DNA of 63,867 nt, counting the filler, from Octopus bimaculoides (lineage: Eukaryota), in NCBI RefSeq assembly GCF_001194135.2. It is 7 parts of 7 records of this genome, joined end to end, with 100 filler letters (N's around TTAATTAATTAA, not from the genome) between each part and the next. Parts side by side here need not be neighbours in the genome. Positions count along the whole stretch, not along the records: positions 33,738 to 51,615 come from NC_068993.1; 6 more parts are not named here. One strand, 5' to 3'. Below, one piece after another: positions 36,744 through 49,570 of the stretch. Numbering within the stretch: position 1 is the first letter of the stretch; every line of letters begins with the position of its first letter. The notes beneath the pieces are model-generated. The model saw only the letters and a program-made list of their open reading frames with translations. It did not search any database and was not told the DNA's origin. Position numbers and translations under genes: made by a program.

Positions 36744-37352
36744 GTGTGGCCAGAATGTGACATTCTTTTTTCTCTTTTTTGGTTTAGTTCTTCCATAACA
36801 ACTGTGTCACTCGGTCAAAATTTTGAGCATGTTGTCAATGGAGTAGGACTTCCCACCCCTAAATGTGGATGAGGGGATAATGTTTTCTTTAGCCGTTTTC
36901 TAGAATTCTGTTTGAATTTTGTTTGTTCTTGAACACACCTTTCCAGATAGTTTGTCCTTAACTAAACCATTTTCCAATGTAATTAGATTCTAGTTACTAC
37001 TTCATTATTTCCTTATTAAGGGAATACTCATCAACCTATCCTTATTAAACTAATCGGACTCCATTTTGCTTATTTTGGGGATTTTCCATGACTTAGCCTT
37101 GTTACTCTATGGCTGGTCCTTTAACGTATGTACCTCTTTATCCCTTGTGTACGGGGTAGGATTTAATAGAGAGATCCATGACTTTAGAACGGTGGGGCTG
37201 GAATTTAGTTTTATACTTTTCATATCTAGACCCCTCAGCTCACTTGACTTTCAAATTATTGTGCTAAATTAGTTTATAACATAGTATGACGAGTGAATTT
37301 ATGCCTATTAACTTATATTTTAGACATTACATTTTCAATATTAATCTGCTTC

Positions 37353-37515
37353 TAAGGCGACCGGGAAAAATACTTAACGACATTTCGTCCGCATTACGTT
37401 CTGAGTTCAAATTCCGCCGAGGTCGACTTTGCCTTTCATTCTTTCGGGGTCGATAAATTAAGTACAGGGAAACACAGCCCAAAATGGCCGCCCTTGTAGC
37501 AAAGTTTGAAACCAA
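37353..37515 (+). mobile_element. SINE family A (two internal deletions)
   Basis: Sequence match. Confidence 0.8.
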
Positions 37516-37867
37516 TATTAACCTGCTTCTGTTGTAGATATTTTGTAAAAACTTCTCTTACTTTCTCTGTTCTGAATCTTATGAATTACATCTAAACATT
37601 TATATGGGTGGTTTAGTTCAAATTCTCTAGTAATTTTGAAGTATAATATTTTCATTTCTAATTATTTACCTCTCCTTACAGCAGCTTTGATAGATTTGTT
37701 TGGTAGCAGATCCATTTTCATTATATTAACTGGAAGTATTATTGCTGTCGAGCAGACCTCATCGAGCAAATAAAATGGCTCAAACGGGCGAGAATCGAAC
37801 CTACATAGTAAAATTTCATTGTTAAGAGAAGACAGAAACATTAGTTGAGAGAATTTGAATGAAATAA

Positions 37868-38316
37868 TATTGGTTTGAAATTTTGACCCCGTGCCAGCGG
37901 TTTCGAGGGAGGGTCTAAGTTGATTACATCGACCTCAGTGCTCAACTGGCACTTACTTTACCGATTCCGAAGTTGAAGTCAACCTCGACGGAATTTGAAC
38001 TCTGAACGTTAGGACAGACGAAATGCCACTAAACATCTTGCCTAGCGTGCTACCGATTCTACCAGCTTGTCGTCATACTTTGAATGAAATAATATTGTTT
38101 TCAAGTTTTGGCACAAGGCCAGTAATTTCGGGGGAAGAACTTAGTCGATTACATCGAGCTCAGTGCTCAACTGGTACTTATTTTATGGATCCTGAAAGGA
38201 TGAAAGGCAAAATTGACCTCGGCGGAATTTGAACTCAGAACGTAAGGATAGACAAAATGCCGCTAAGCTAACGATTCTGCCAGTCCGGCGTGCTAACGGT
38301 TCTGCCAGCTCACCAT
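37868..38316 (-). mobile_element. Two tandem SINE family A copies (37868-38055; 38098-38316)
   Basis: Sequence match. Confidence 0.85.
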
Positions 38317-38328
38317 CTTATTTGAATG

Positions 38329-38364
<36 letters not shown>

Positions 38365-38418
38365 AAAAAAATATTGCAGTTGTTTTATATTTACATTGAG
38401 ACCACCACCACCACCACC

Positions 38419-38471
<53 letters not shown>

Positions 38472-38712
38472 AGTGGATGGTGGTTTTAGTAGTTAGTGAT
38501 ATAGAAGATGTAGTAGAAGTAGTGGCAGTAATTGGTAGCAGTTAGTAGTTATAATAGCAGTTAAAGAAGTATTGCAATGATATAGACAGAAGCTAAATTT
38601 ACACCAGAACGCAATCTGCACTGGCACCCACAAAGGTTTGGGGTAGGAAGGAGTTGGAAAGGAGATTACCGACAGAGAGATCAACATGGCAGTTACACTA
38701 TATGTAATAATA

Positions 38713-38928
38713 ATCCTTTCTACTATAGGAACAAGGCCTGAGATTTTGGGGGAGGGGAGGAATCAATTACATTGGCCCTAATGCTTCATGGGTACTTAAT
38801 TTATCGACCCCGAAAGGATATGAAAGGCAAAGTCAACCTCAACGGAATTTGAACTAAGAACGTAGCGACAGGCGAAATACTGCAAAGCATTTCGTCCAGC
38901 ATGCTAACGATTCTGCCAGCTCGCCGCC

Positions 38929-39005
<77 letters not shown>

Positions 39006-39372
39006 CCTTTTTACTACTGTNNNNNNNNNNNNNNNNNNNNNNNNNNNNNNNNNNNNNNNNNNNNNNNNNNNNNNNNNNNNNNNNNNNNNNNNNNNNNNNN
39101 NNNNNNNNNNNNNNNNNNNNNNNNNNNNNNNNNNNNNNNNNNNNNNNNNNNNNNNNNNNNNNNNNNNNNNNNNNNNNNNNNNNNNNNNNNNNNNNNNNNN
39201 NNNNNNNNNNNNNNNNNNNNNNNNNNNNNNNNNNNNNNNNNNNNNNNNNNNNNNNNNNNNNNNNNNNNNNNNNNNNNNNNNNNNNNNNNNNNNNNNNNNN
39301 NNNNNNNNNNNNNNNNNNNNNNNNNNNAAAGCATTTCGTCCAGCATGCTAACGATTCTGCCAGCTCGCCGCC

Positions 39373-39449
<77 letters not shown>

Positions 39450-39663
39450 CCTTTTTACTACTGTCACAAGGCTTGAAATTTTAGGGAAGGGAACCAGTTG
39501 ATTACACCGACCCCAGTGTTTTGCTGGAATTTAATTTATCGACCCCGAAAGGATGAAAGGCAAAGTCTACCTCGGTGGAATTTGAATTGAGAACATAGCG
39601 ACGGGCGAAATATCGCTAAGCATTTCGTCCAGCGTGCTAACGATTCTGCTAGCTCGCCGCCTT
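38713..39663 (-). mobile_element. SINE family A copies (38713-38930; 39449-39663) separated by (AAT)n and a gap
   Basis: Sequence match; 39329-39465 repeats 38885-39020 across the gap. Confidence 0.85.
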
Positions 39664-39673
39664 AATAATAATG

Positions 39674-39746
<73 letters not shown>

Positions 39747-39747
<1 letters not shown>

Positions 39748-40302
39748 CCTTCACTTTCTCAAAACCTTCGCTGGCTATTATGATGGAAGTATGGATACGA
39801 GGTAACGAAGTCACTGAACGAAAACGAAAAGGAAAAATCCTCTGGGACTTCGACTTCCAGACAGATAAGTTGTAAGAGCGCCGAAGGTTGGATATAGTAA
39901 CCTTTAGGAGGGACAAACAAGAGTGCCTAATAATTGACGTAGCAGTGCCTGGGGATCAACATATCATCAGGAAAGAAAGCCAAAAGGCCGATAAACATGG
40001 AGACCTGAGAATTGAGACGTGGCAGCTACGAGAGTCAAACATAAAAGTTGACCCTATTGTCATCGGAGCATTGAGTTCAATGCCACCCAACCTGAAAAAA
40101 AAAAAAAAACATCTGGAAACTTTAGAAATTCCCTACAATCTATGTGTATTGCAAAAATCGGCATTACTTGGAACTGCACGCATATTGCGTAAAGTACTGT
40201 CTGTCTGAGGTCCTTGTTGTGACTTGACAGACAATACAAACCCGTTGACACAATATCTTCAATCAATAACATCACGATATTGGATACTGTGCGACATCTT
40301 GA
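39747..40302 (+). mobile_element. R4/Dong-type LINE 3' fragment with PD-(D/E)xK restriction-like endonuclease, flanked by (TAA)n
   Basis: KILWDFDFQTDKL*ERRRLDIVTFRRDKQECLIIDVAVPGDQHIIRKESQKADKHGDLRIETWQL..VDPIVIGALSSMP..LQKSALLGTARILRKVLSV*. Confidence 0.88.
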
Positions 40303-40672
40303 ATAATGATAATAGTGTACTGGCAATAATATATAGATAATATAAATAACAAAAAACAGGTATTTATAATAGTTCGATCATAAAAACATGGCTTGAACAA
40401 TCCATTGTGCGTGGTTTACTGTCCGCCACCACAACCACAACAGGAGCTAACATCAACAAATGATAATAGCATAATATATATATATATATATATTATCATT
40501 CATCAATGACTTTCGATAGGCTAGCTTGTTGAAGGGTTTATGACCCTTTCTTCCGAATAAGGTCTAGCTGTGATTTGTATATTCACTCTATGGTCGTCAG
40601 TGGGATGAGAAAGTCAAAATATATTCTTTATCAGCCAAATCTTAAATGTTTAATTTTAAATTTAAATTACTA

Positions 40673-40757
40673 TTCACCTGAAGAAAACGGTTTTCTTTTT
40701 CCTGGTGTAATTGATCTGTTCATCAATAAAAAACGCGTCTGAAACAGCTGTAGTGAA
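40673..40757 (+). ncRNA. Type-I hammerhead-like motif (family H4)
   Basis: ttcac CTGAAGA aaacggtttt...aaaacgcgtct GAAA cagctg TA gtgaa: 5-bp helix I, long imperfect helix II, palindromic ACAGCUGU helix III, GUA site. Confidence 0.6.
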
Positions 40758-40845
40758 CCTTAGCCCACTTGTATTCTTAATATATACACACAGGCATACA
40801 CGATCATACAAAACCCTTTTTCTTATATTTTTATTTTTTATTTTT

Positions 40846-40882
<37 letters not shown>

Positions 40883-41141
40883 GATATGCTCACCACCAAA
40901 AGTATGTCCGCTGGATATTCTATCTTCGAGTCCAGGTAGTGACCGAGATCACAATTTTGCCTCTGAATGGGGCGTCGCTCCGATGCAGGGTTACTAATTT
41001 ACACCTGGGTGAAATGGTGCAAATTGAAAACATTTTGATCAAGAACTAAACGCAGCGCTCAGTCCGGTAATCGTAGCCTGCGATATTGTAATCGTCAGTG
41101 CTGCACCATAACCGTTAAACCACGCACTTTCACACACACAC

Positions 41142-41177
<36 letters not shown>

Positions 41178-41867
41178 GCACGCACACACACACATACACA
41201 GACACAGACACATGTACGCGCGCGCGCGGTGACAGAGGCACATGTACCTACGCATATATAAATATGTGTGTGTGTATAAAGGTATACACACTCACACACT
41301 CAGACACAGACACACTCAGACACAAACACAAACACACACGTATCCGTTGAACGCAAATATGGCAGTATTAAATGACTGTATCGCTTACTTAACGGATATA
41401 TGTCGTTGATAGGTGGAATATTGCGCTTTCCGTCCGAGATAAAATGTTTTTCGTAAACGTGCAGTGTGAAAAATAGTGTAGTATATATCGGAGGAAGAGG
41501 AAAATTGTTCCGGAAGCGGCTAAATAAATAGCTATATTCACACTTAACCAATTTCCATAGAGTCCCACTTCAGCTACAGACATATCCACCCACACATACA
41601 CAAGCAAACATACATAGAAACTTAAACATAAATATAATTGTATACTGGGTGTGTTAATGTTTGCATGTATAGGTAACTAATCTAATATATCAATTTAACA
41701 GATATATATACATATATACATTTAATTGAATATAAACACTTCTTGCCCAGGTAAAGTATTGAACGCTTTCAACACAAAGGTTATACATTAATTAATATAC
41801 AGACTGTGTTTCTATGTGTATGTATTATATATGAATATATATGTATGCATGTATGTAGGTATGACTG

Positions 41868-41950
<83 letters not shown>

Positions 41951-42200
41951 CGCATATATGTGTATGTATGTATATGTGTGTGTGTTTGTGTATATGTATG
42001 TATGAATGTATACAGACGCAGACACTCACACATGCATATACACACATATAATAACTAAACATACACGATCTTCACAATGTACATCATAATTCAGTTAATC
42101 GGGGCATGTAATCATTTGGAGTGCTCCACAACTAATTAAGAATTAGTGGGTGCTATATTCATTACGTATGTAGAATATATAAACAAAAAATTGAGCCTCG

Positions 42201-42239
<39 letters not shown>

Positions 42240-42427
42240 TATATACTCAGTGGAATTAGGTCGAAGCAACATATCAGGCGATTCGTCGACATCCTAAATG
42301 AGTTCTATGTTCTTTTAACACACGTGTCTTGGAGTTTATTCAGACAAAATCTTTCAGATAGTGTCGTTCCATATTTGTATATACATTATAAATGTTATAC
42401 ACACTGGTTTATGTATATATGTATTCG

Positions 42428-42770
42428 TTTATTCTTTTAACTGTTTCAGTCATTTGACTGAGGCCATGCTGGAGCACCGCCTTAAAAGGTTTTAGTCAAA
42501 GAAGTGAACCCCAGGACTTATTCTTTGTAAGCTTAGTACTTATTCTATCGGTCTCTTTTGCCAAACCGCTAGGCTACGGGGACGTAAACACGCGAGCATC
42601 GGTAGCCAAGCGTTGGTCAGGGGAAAAACACAGACACACACACATAGATATATACATATATATATACGACGAGCTTCTTTCAGTTTCCGTCTACCAAATC
42701 CACTCACTTTGGTGGAAGACACCTACCCAATGTGCCAAGAGGGGGACTGAACCCAGAACCATGCGACTGG
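42428..42770 (-). mobile_element. SINE family B
   Basis: Sequence match. Confidence 0.85.
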
Positions 42771-42820
42771 AAAGACACATAAAATGAATTTATATTATTA
42801 TATAGTAATAGTATAAAATT

Positions 42821-42880
<60 letters not shown>

Positions 42881-42885
<5 letters not shown>

Positions 42886-43052
42886 ATTAAAGCGGAAAAA
42901 TTCTTCACAAACAGTTACTCAGAGTTACACGCTACTGTTCGTCGGACAGTTGCGATCAGTATTATAAACTAGAGTGACCGCAAATCTCCGACGAACGGTA
43001 ACGTAGAACTGTGAGTAACAAATTGTGAAGGTTCCTTCGGTTTTTATGAAAA
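42881..43052. repeat. Imperfect inverted repeat (core arms 42904-42954 / 42979-43029) with eroded hammerhead-like consensus
   Basis: Arms share ttcacaa..gttactca.agtt..acg.tac.gttcgtcgga...ttgcg. Confidence 0.65.
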
Positions 43053-43197
43053 GCATATAACTCTAACCTCGGTATTCGAGTACTATTTGTTTTCCACCTT
43101 GTTTTGCATTTATGTGTTTACTTGTGTGTGTGTGCGCACGCATGTAGACATATATATGTATATTTATATATATCCATACATATACGTGTGTGGAGAC

Positions 43198-43230
<33 letters not shown>

Positions 43231-43487
43231 TATATGTATACAAATATATATTATAAGGACCTGGAAGGCTTGAAAGATGGTGTACTTCCAGTACAAATCT
43301 CTAAAAGGTAACGTTTTTCCTGTACCAAGTTAACGTAATATTGCCAGTTTTAAACTTTAAAATGGCACTTCGTTACACTTACATTAAAGGCCGCGCTCTT
43401 ACGTTTTGTGTCTGTCATTGCATGGCAGGAACAAATGCAACTAGTCATTAAAGATGTGATAAACTCTTTCTTTGACTTCTTTTAGAG

Positions 43488-43525
<38 letters not shown>

Positions 43526-43709
43526 AATGTATACAAACGCCGAAACTCACACATACATATACACACATATAATAACTAGACATGATCTTAAACATTCGTT
43601 ATGCCATGTCGACAGTGCCTGGTGGTTGTGGGATAACAATAAAACTAATAGCAGACCTTATATCCTCTATTGTGTTTATTAAATAATATATGTGTGTGTG
43701 TTTGTGTTA

Positions 43710-43769
<60 letters not shown>

Positions 43770-43789
43770 GTTTGTGTGTGTTCATGTGT

Positions 43790-44100
43790 GTGTATTGTAT
43801 TGCGGCCAAGCTGAACGCCACGTTGAAGGGTTTAGTTGAAGAAATCGACCCCGTGTGCTTAATATCTAAGCCTGATACTTATTTCATCGATATCTTATCG
43901 TAGAAGAACTAAGTTACGGTCACATAAACAAGCTAACACCAGTTGTGAAGCGATGTTAGGGGACAACTGCTAAAACATGCAAACACAGATACATACGTGC
44001 ATGCAGCAGGCTTCTTTCAGTTTCCGTCAACCAAATCCACTCACGAGGCTTCGGTCAGCCCAGAGCTATGGCAGAAGGCATCGCAATGGAACTGAACCTT
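43790..44100 (-). mobile_element. SINE family B (diverged)
   Basis: Sequence match. Confidence 0.75.
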
Positions 44101-44117
44101 GAATCATAAATGTATTT

Positions 44118-44148
<31 letters not shown>

Positions 44149-44182
44149 TGCATGCATCTTTGTGTTTGTGTGTGTATGAGTT

Positions 44183-44220
<38 letters not shown>

Positions 44221-44930
44221 TGGTCGTATGTGAGTATGTGTGTGTGTGCATGTGTGTGCATGTGTGTGTGTGTGAGCGTGCGTGTGTGTTTGTGTTTGTG
44301 TGTGTGTGTGTGTGTGTGAGTGTGCGTGTGTGTTTGTGTTTGTGTGTGCGTGCGTACATAAAATATACAAAATATTATAAGAAACCTTTGAATGTCAGTC
44401 GTAATAGATTTGCTGCAATGAAATAGAAATGAACTGTTTTCCTCATCCCCCGTCATCTTTATTTCTTTATCTCGTCCTTCTCCTCCACCCCCTAATTAAT
44501 TTTCAAAATGTCTTTCAGATTAATGTTTAAATTTTGGTCGACATCCAACCAACAGCGTTTTTTTATAGCTTCTCTTTTTACTTTATTTATCCATAAAGAG
44601 TAAACTAAGTAGTTGGCTTGTTGGTGTTGCTGTTGTTTTATTGCAGGATGGATGAAAGCAGGGAAAAAAGATACTACATTACATTAACCTTTTGGTGGTA
44701 GTGGTAATGATGGCGGTGGGGATGGTAGTGGTGGTGGCTGGCAAAGAGATGTGGAAGAAGAAGAGATGGTGAGTTGTTGTCTAATCAGCTCTAAATTATA
44801 TTATTACACGTTGGGGAGCCATTAGGGTCTAATCAACTAATTATCAAATTACAACTCTCAAGAGAATTTTCGAAGTGTTTAATTACATTCAATAAAACAC
44901 ACGATGATACATTTCACTTGTGTCAGATAT

Positions 44931-44977
<47 letters not shown>

Positions 44978-44996
44978 NNNNNNNNNNTGTGTGTGT

Positions 44997-45032
<36 letters not shown>

Positions 45033-46011
45033 ATAGACACACACACTTATATGTATATATACGCATAATTGAATAGAACGATAATATATATGTTGTTACA
45101 CCGTTAAATTATGTTTGGGGAGGTAGACTAACGAGGGAGTAAGCTTCAATGCGGTCGCTCGACCTAACAGCAAATTCTCCTCCGAAACTGTTTTTACTCT
45201 CTTAAAAAAAAAGAGATAAAGAAATGGAAGTCGATATTGAACAACGCTGTCTGATAATTCTTTTCATGATGCGATGATCACGGCTGGAATTATTCATTTA
45301 GCTTGCACCAGTGTCTAAAGAACTACAGCAATAAAAAAATGTTCTGAATCAGCGCTGAACCTCAATAGTGACGCGTCTACTTCCAAAATAAGCAGCTAAA
45401 TCTCTGTTAAATCATGCCTAAAGAACTTTAGAAAACCGTTTCTGAATTTGACACAAGGCCAGCAATTTTGGCAGGAAATGTGTTAATCGGTACCATGGAC
45501 TCCAGTATGCTTTACGGTTAAAAAAAAAAAAATTATTGACACCAAAAGAATGATGGGCAAAGCTGACCTTGGCTATATTCGAATTCATAATTTAAGGAAC
45601 TGGAGGAAATACAGCAAGGCATTTTTTGTGGCACTCTCATTGGAAAATGCTATGTAAAACACGCTTTAGTCATGTCTGGGACATTTTATTTGTTAGTTTG
45701 GTCTGGTGCGAAAAACCTTTTTGTCCATTTGAGAACGATGGCACCGGCGTAGTTAATATTCCCTAATCTGTTTTACGTTAACGTCAACGGGAAAAGAACC
45801 TGAGAAGGTGGTGACAGCGTTCTGGGGAGGGAGGGTTGTATGGTTGGTAAATATAGGACCTATGTATAGACAGAGCACGAGTATGTCGGTATTGCTACAT
45901 CATAGTTTTGGTGAATCAAGGCTAACGTGACCTCGGGCTAAATGCCATTAACAGCAAAGAGAACAATATAAAGTATCTCCATATAAATGTGTCCAATATC
46001 ATAATATAACG

Positions 46012-46220
46012 TAGGCGGCGAGTTGGTAGAGTCGTTAGCGCGGTGGGAAAAATGCTAAGCTGCATTACGTCCTTCTCCACGTTCTGAGTTCAAATTTCGC
46101 CGTGGTCGAATTTGCCTTTCATCCTTTCGGGGTCAATAAAATAAAGTACCAGTGGGGCACTGAGGTCGATGTAATCGACTTAATCCCTCCCCGCAAAAGC
46201 TGCTGGCTCTGATTTGAAAT
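46012..46220 (+). mobile_element. SINE family A
   Basis: Sequence match. Confidence 0.85.
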
Positions 46221-46730
46221 GAATAGTATAATATATAACACAAGTGACGCGTGTCGCATGACTGGCTCAAGTGAAATGAAGGAAACATAAGAAAAAAAAG
46301 AAAAAAAAAAGAATGCTTCTAAAGTGATTTATATCATGTCTGTTTGCTGTTGTTGATGATAATTTCTAGTTAGTGGTATGCGATTATTTTTTTTTAACTA
46401 TATTTCAAATTTTAAATTAATCTTCTTATACGCACGTAATATAATTTTTGTGAATTATCAGATTTTTATATGCTAGACCACTGGTTTTAAATCGAAATTA
46501 TTATTAAATTTATCACCTTCAGTATATAAATATAAATTCAAGTAATTATGTTCTCTAGCCGGCAACATATACTGCAGTGAATTATCCTCTGCAGAACTGT
46601 TTCCGGAATTTAGCGCGCCAGAGCTGAGACATTTGAAAATAACCTCAATGTAATCGGTCGAACTGTACGCACGTCAGATTTTATGAAGACAATTCGTGTA
46701 TAGTTCTGCAAATTATATTGATTTTAGAAC

Positions 46731-46799
46731 GATTGTACTGATGAACCACGGACGTTTTTACATAAGTAAAGAAGTTGATGGCGAAACCGGTACACAATT
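46731..46799 (+). ncRNA. Type-I hammerhead-like motif (family H5)
   Basis: gattgta CTGATGA acca...tggc GAAA ccgg TA cacaatt: palindromic ACCGGU, GUA site; A.C mismatches at the core-proximal pair of helices I and II. Confidence 0.5.
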
Positions 46800-47054
46800 C
46801 TTTATTTTGTATATTTTTCATTTTGTTCTGGCTGCCTATGCCCTGGTGTTTGCTGAATTTATTTCTGGAGAACATTAATTTTCTTTGTGGTTGGGTCGTT
46901 GATGACCTCTTTCTAGCGTATTGGAGGTCCACCTAGTGGTCATCCCTTCTTATACGCATGTAATATNNNNNNNNNNNNNNNNNNNNNNNNNNNNNNNNNN
47001 NNNNNNNNNNNNNNNNNNNNNNNNNNNNNNNNNNNNNNNNNNNNNNNNNNNNNN

Positions 47055-47121
<67 letters not shown>

Positions 47122-47379
47122 TATGTATGTATGCATGTAATGTATGTATGTATGTATACATGTATGTATGTGTGTATGCATGTATGTATGTGTGTATGCA
47201 TGTGTGTATGTATGTATCTAGTTATCTATCTGTCTATATACATGCGTATGTGTATATCTGTATGTTTCTGCGTGTGTGGGGTGTGTGTGTGCATGTGTGA
47301 GTACATATATATGCACACAACTATGTAGACATATATGCATACATATCTACATGAGAGAGAGAGAGAAAGGGAGAGGGAG

Positions 47380-47419
<40 letters not shown>

Positions 47420-49130
47420 AGAAAGAGAGAGAGTAAAATAGTGAGGGATAGAAGAAAGAAAAGGATGTAGAGTTGAGGGTAAACACCAGGAAAATAAAGT
47501 CTGCTCCTGTAATAAAGTATCCAGTTTCGAACCCTATGTATGACATGACAAAATGATTGGATTACGAGAAAGCAACACAGCAAATAGATATATGCCTCAT
47601 TTTATTTCCTCAAAAATAACAAATGCCATACTTTAAAAGCGATTGCTATACAACTAATTGTTGCACTTATAGATATACATATGTGTTTGTGTAGGTGTGT
47701 GTGTATGCCTGCATGTGTGTACGTGCGTATTTGAAGTCTGATTTGATAGTAATATGCGACCTGTGAGGTTTTTTGACACCTAGTGTGATGCAGTTTAAAT
47801 AAACAACAACAATAAATCCTCTAACTTCCTGTGCAAATATATAAAAGTCGGTGGAGAAGATCTCATTTGCTATTTTAGCAGTAAATCCTCTGAAATCACA
47901 TTTGTTTTTTAGATATATTTTCATTAAGGCTTTAATTTCACTTTAGCTTTTATATTCACATACATACCCACGTATGTATACGTACGTACATACATACATG
48001 CATACATACATACATACATACATACATACATACATGCATACATGCATACATGCATGCATGCATGCATGCATGCATGCATACATACATACATACATATATA
48101 TATATACAAGAATAAGGGCAGGGAATCGTCAATTAGTAATAGAATTAATAATTAACAATTTTGCCAAGTAGTTCAGTATGAAAAAACCTTTATCGGTAAA
48201 ACCATTTATCATCATAAATATACAGGGATTAGCATTGAGTTGCTTCTCCAACATACTGAAAATTTAGAAATAGCAGTCAAAGAACTACTGNNNNNNNNNN
48301 NNNNNNNNNNNNNNNNNNNNNNNNNNNNNNNNNNNNNNNNNNNNNNNNNNNNNNNNNNNNNNNNNNNNNNNNNNNNNNNNNNNNNNNNNNNNNNNNNNNN
48401 NNNNNNNNNNNNNNNNNNNNNNNNNNNNNNNNNNNNNNNNNNNNNNNNNNNNNNNNNNNNNNNNNNNNNNNNNNNNNNNNNNNNNNNNNNNNNNNNNNNN
48501 NNNNNNNNNNNNNNNNNNNNNNNNNNNNNNNNNNNNNNNNNNNNNNNNNNNNNNNNNNNNNNNNNNNNNNNNNNNNNNNNNNNNNNNNNNNNNNNNNNNN
48601 NNNNNNNNNNNNNNNNNNNNNNNNNNNNNNNNNNNNNNNNNNNNNNNNNNNNNNNNNNNNNNNNNNNNNNNNNNNNNNNNNNNNNNNNNNNNNNNNNNNN
48701 NNNNNNNNNNNNNNNNNNNNNNNNNNNNNNNNNNNNNNNNNNNNNNNNNNNNNNNNNNNNNNNNNNNNNNNNNNNNNNNNNNNNNNNNNNNNNNNNNNNN
48801 NNNNNNNNNNNNNNNNNNNNNNNNNNNNNNNNNNNNNNNNNNNNNNNNNNNNNNNNNNNNNNNNNNNNNNNNNNNNNNNNNNNNNNNNNNNNNNNNNNNN
48901 NNNNNNNNNNNNNNNNNNNNNNNNNNNNNNNNNNNNNNNNNNNNNNNNNNNNNNNNNNNNNNNNNNNNNNNNNNNNNNNNNNNNNNNNNNNNNNNNNNNN
49001 NNNNNNNNNNNNNNNNNNNNNNNNNNNNNGGATAATTTTTATTTTAATCTTATCCCTGTAAACATTATTACTAAGATTAAAATGAAAAATTATAAATTTT
49101 CTCCAAAAAAGCCATCTCTACTCATTTTTT

Positions 49131-49170
<40 letters not shown>

Positions 49171-49346
49171 GTACCATGAACTTTCTGTTTTGTAAGAAGT
49201 TTTTTCCTAGTGTGTGTGAGCGCATTCTATTAATCTTTTGAAACACACGTGCTCTTGAGGAATGTATAAAGAATAATGCAATGAACCTCATTAGCCTACA
49301 GCTGTTTCCGCCATTGGATGCAGTGCACTAAGAACTGAGTGCTCGT

Positions 49347-49570
49347 GAGCTGGCAGAATCGTTAGCTCGCCGGGCGAAATGCTTAGCGGTATTTCGTCTG
49401 TCGTTACGTTCTGAGTTCAAATTCCACCGAGGTCGACTTTGCCTTTCATCCTTCCGGGGTCGATAAATTAAGTACCAATTACGCACTGGGGTCGATGTAA
49501 TCGACTTAATCCCTTTGTCTGTCCTTGTTTGTCCCTTCTATGTTTAGCCCCTTGTGGGCAATAAAGAAAT
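49347..49570 (+). mobile_element. Young SINE family A with Tx1-like tail and 19-bp TSD
   Basis: TSD taagaactgagtgct(c/t)gtg at 49329-49347 and 49570-49588; tail ccttgtttgtcccttctatgtttagccccttgtgggcaataaagaaat. Confidence 0.9.

Noticed and set aside
38885-39465. Direct duplication of SINE head + (AAT)n; similar case at 57230-57345
   Set aside because: Identical sequence on both sides of a gap indicates an assembly overlap.
40497-40603. Minus-strand CTGACGA...ctatc GAAA gtc hammerhead-like string
   Set aside because: Only 1 nt lies between A15.1 and U16.1, the helix II closing pair is C.C, and there are three mismatches at the base of helix I.
40900-41110. GC-richer unique stretch as a possible exon
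   Set aside because: No convincing splice acceptor/donor pair and no recognisable protein.
41995-43580. Approx. 65-bp local duplication (41995-42060 vs 43520-43580)
   Set aside because: Low-complexity, microsatellite-adjacent sequence with no functional signal.
48223-49058. Possible TA-flanked element with cagggat(t/a)ag TIRs
   Set aside because: The match is only about 10 bp, and the 54.8-kb copy shares sequence beyond the supposed left boundary.
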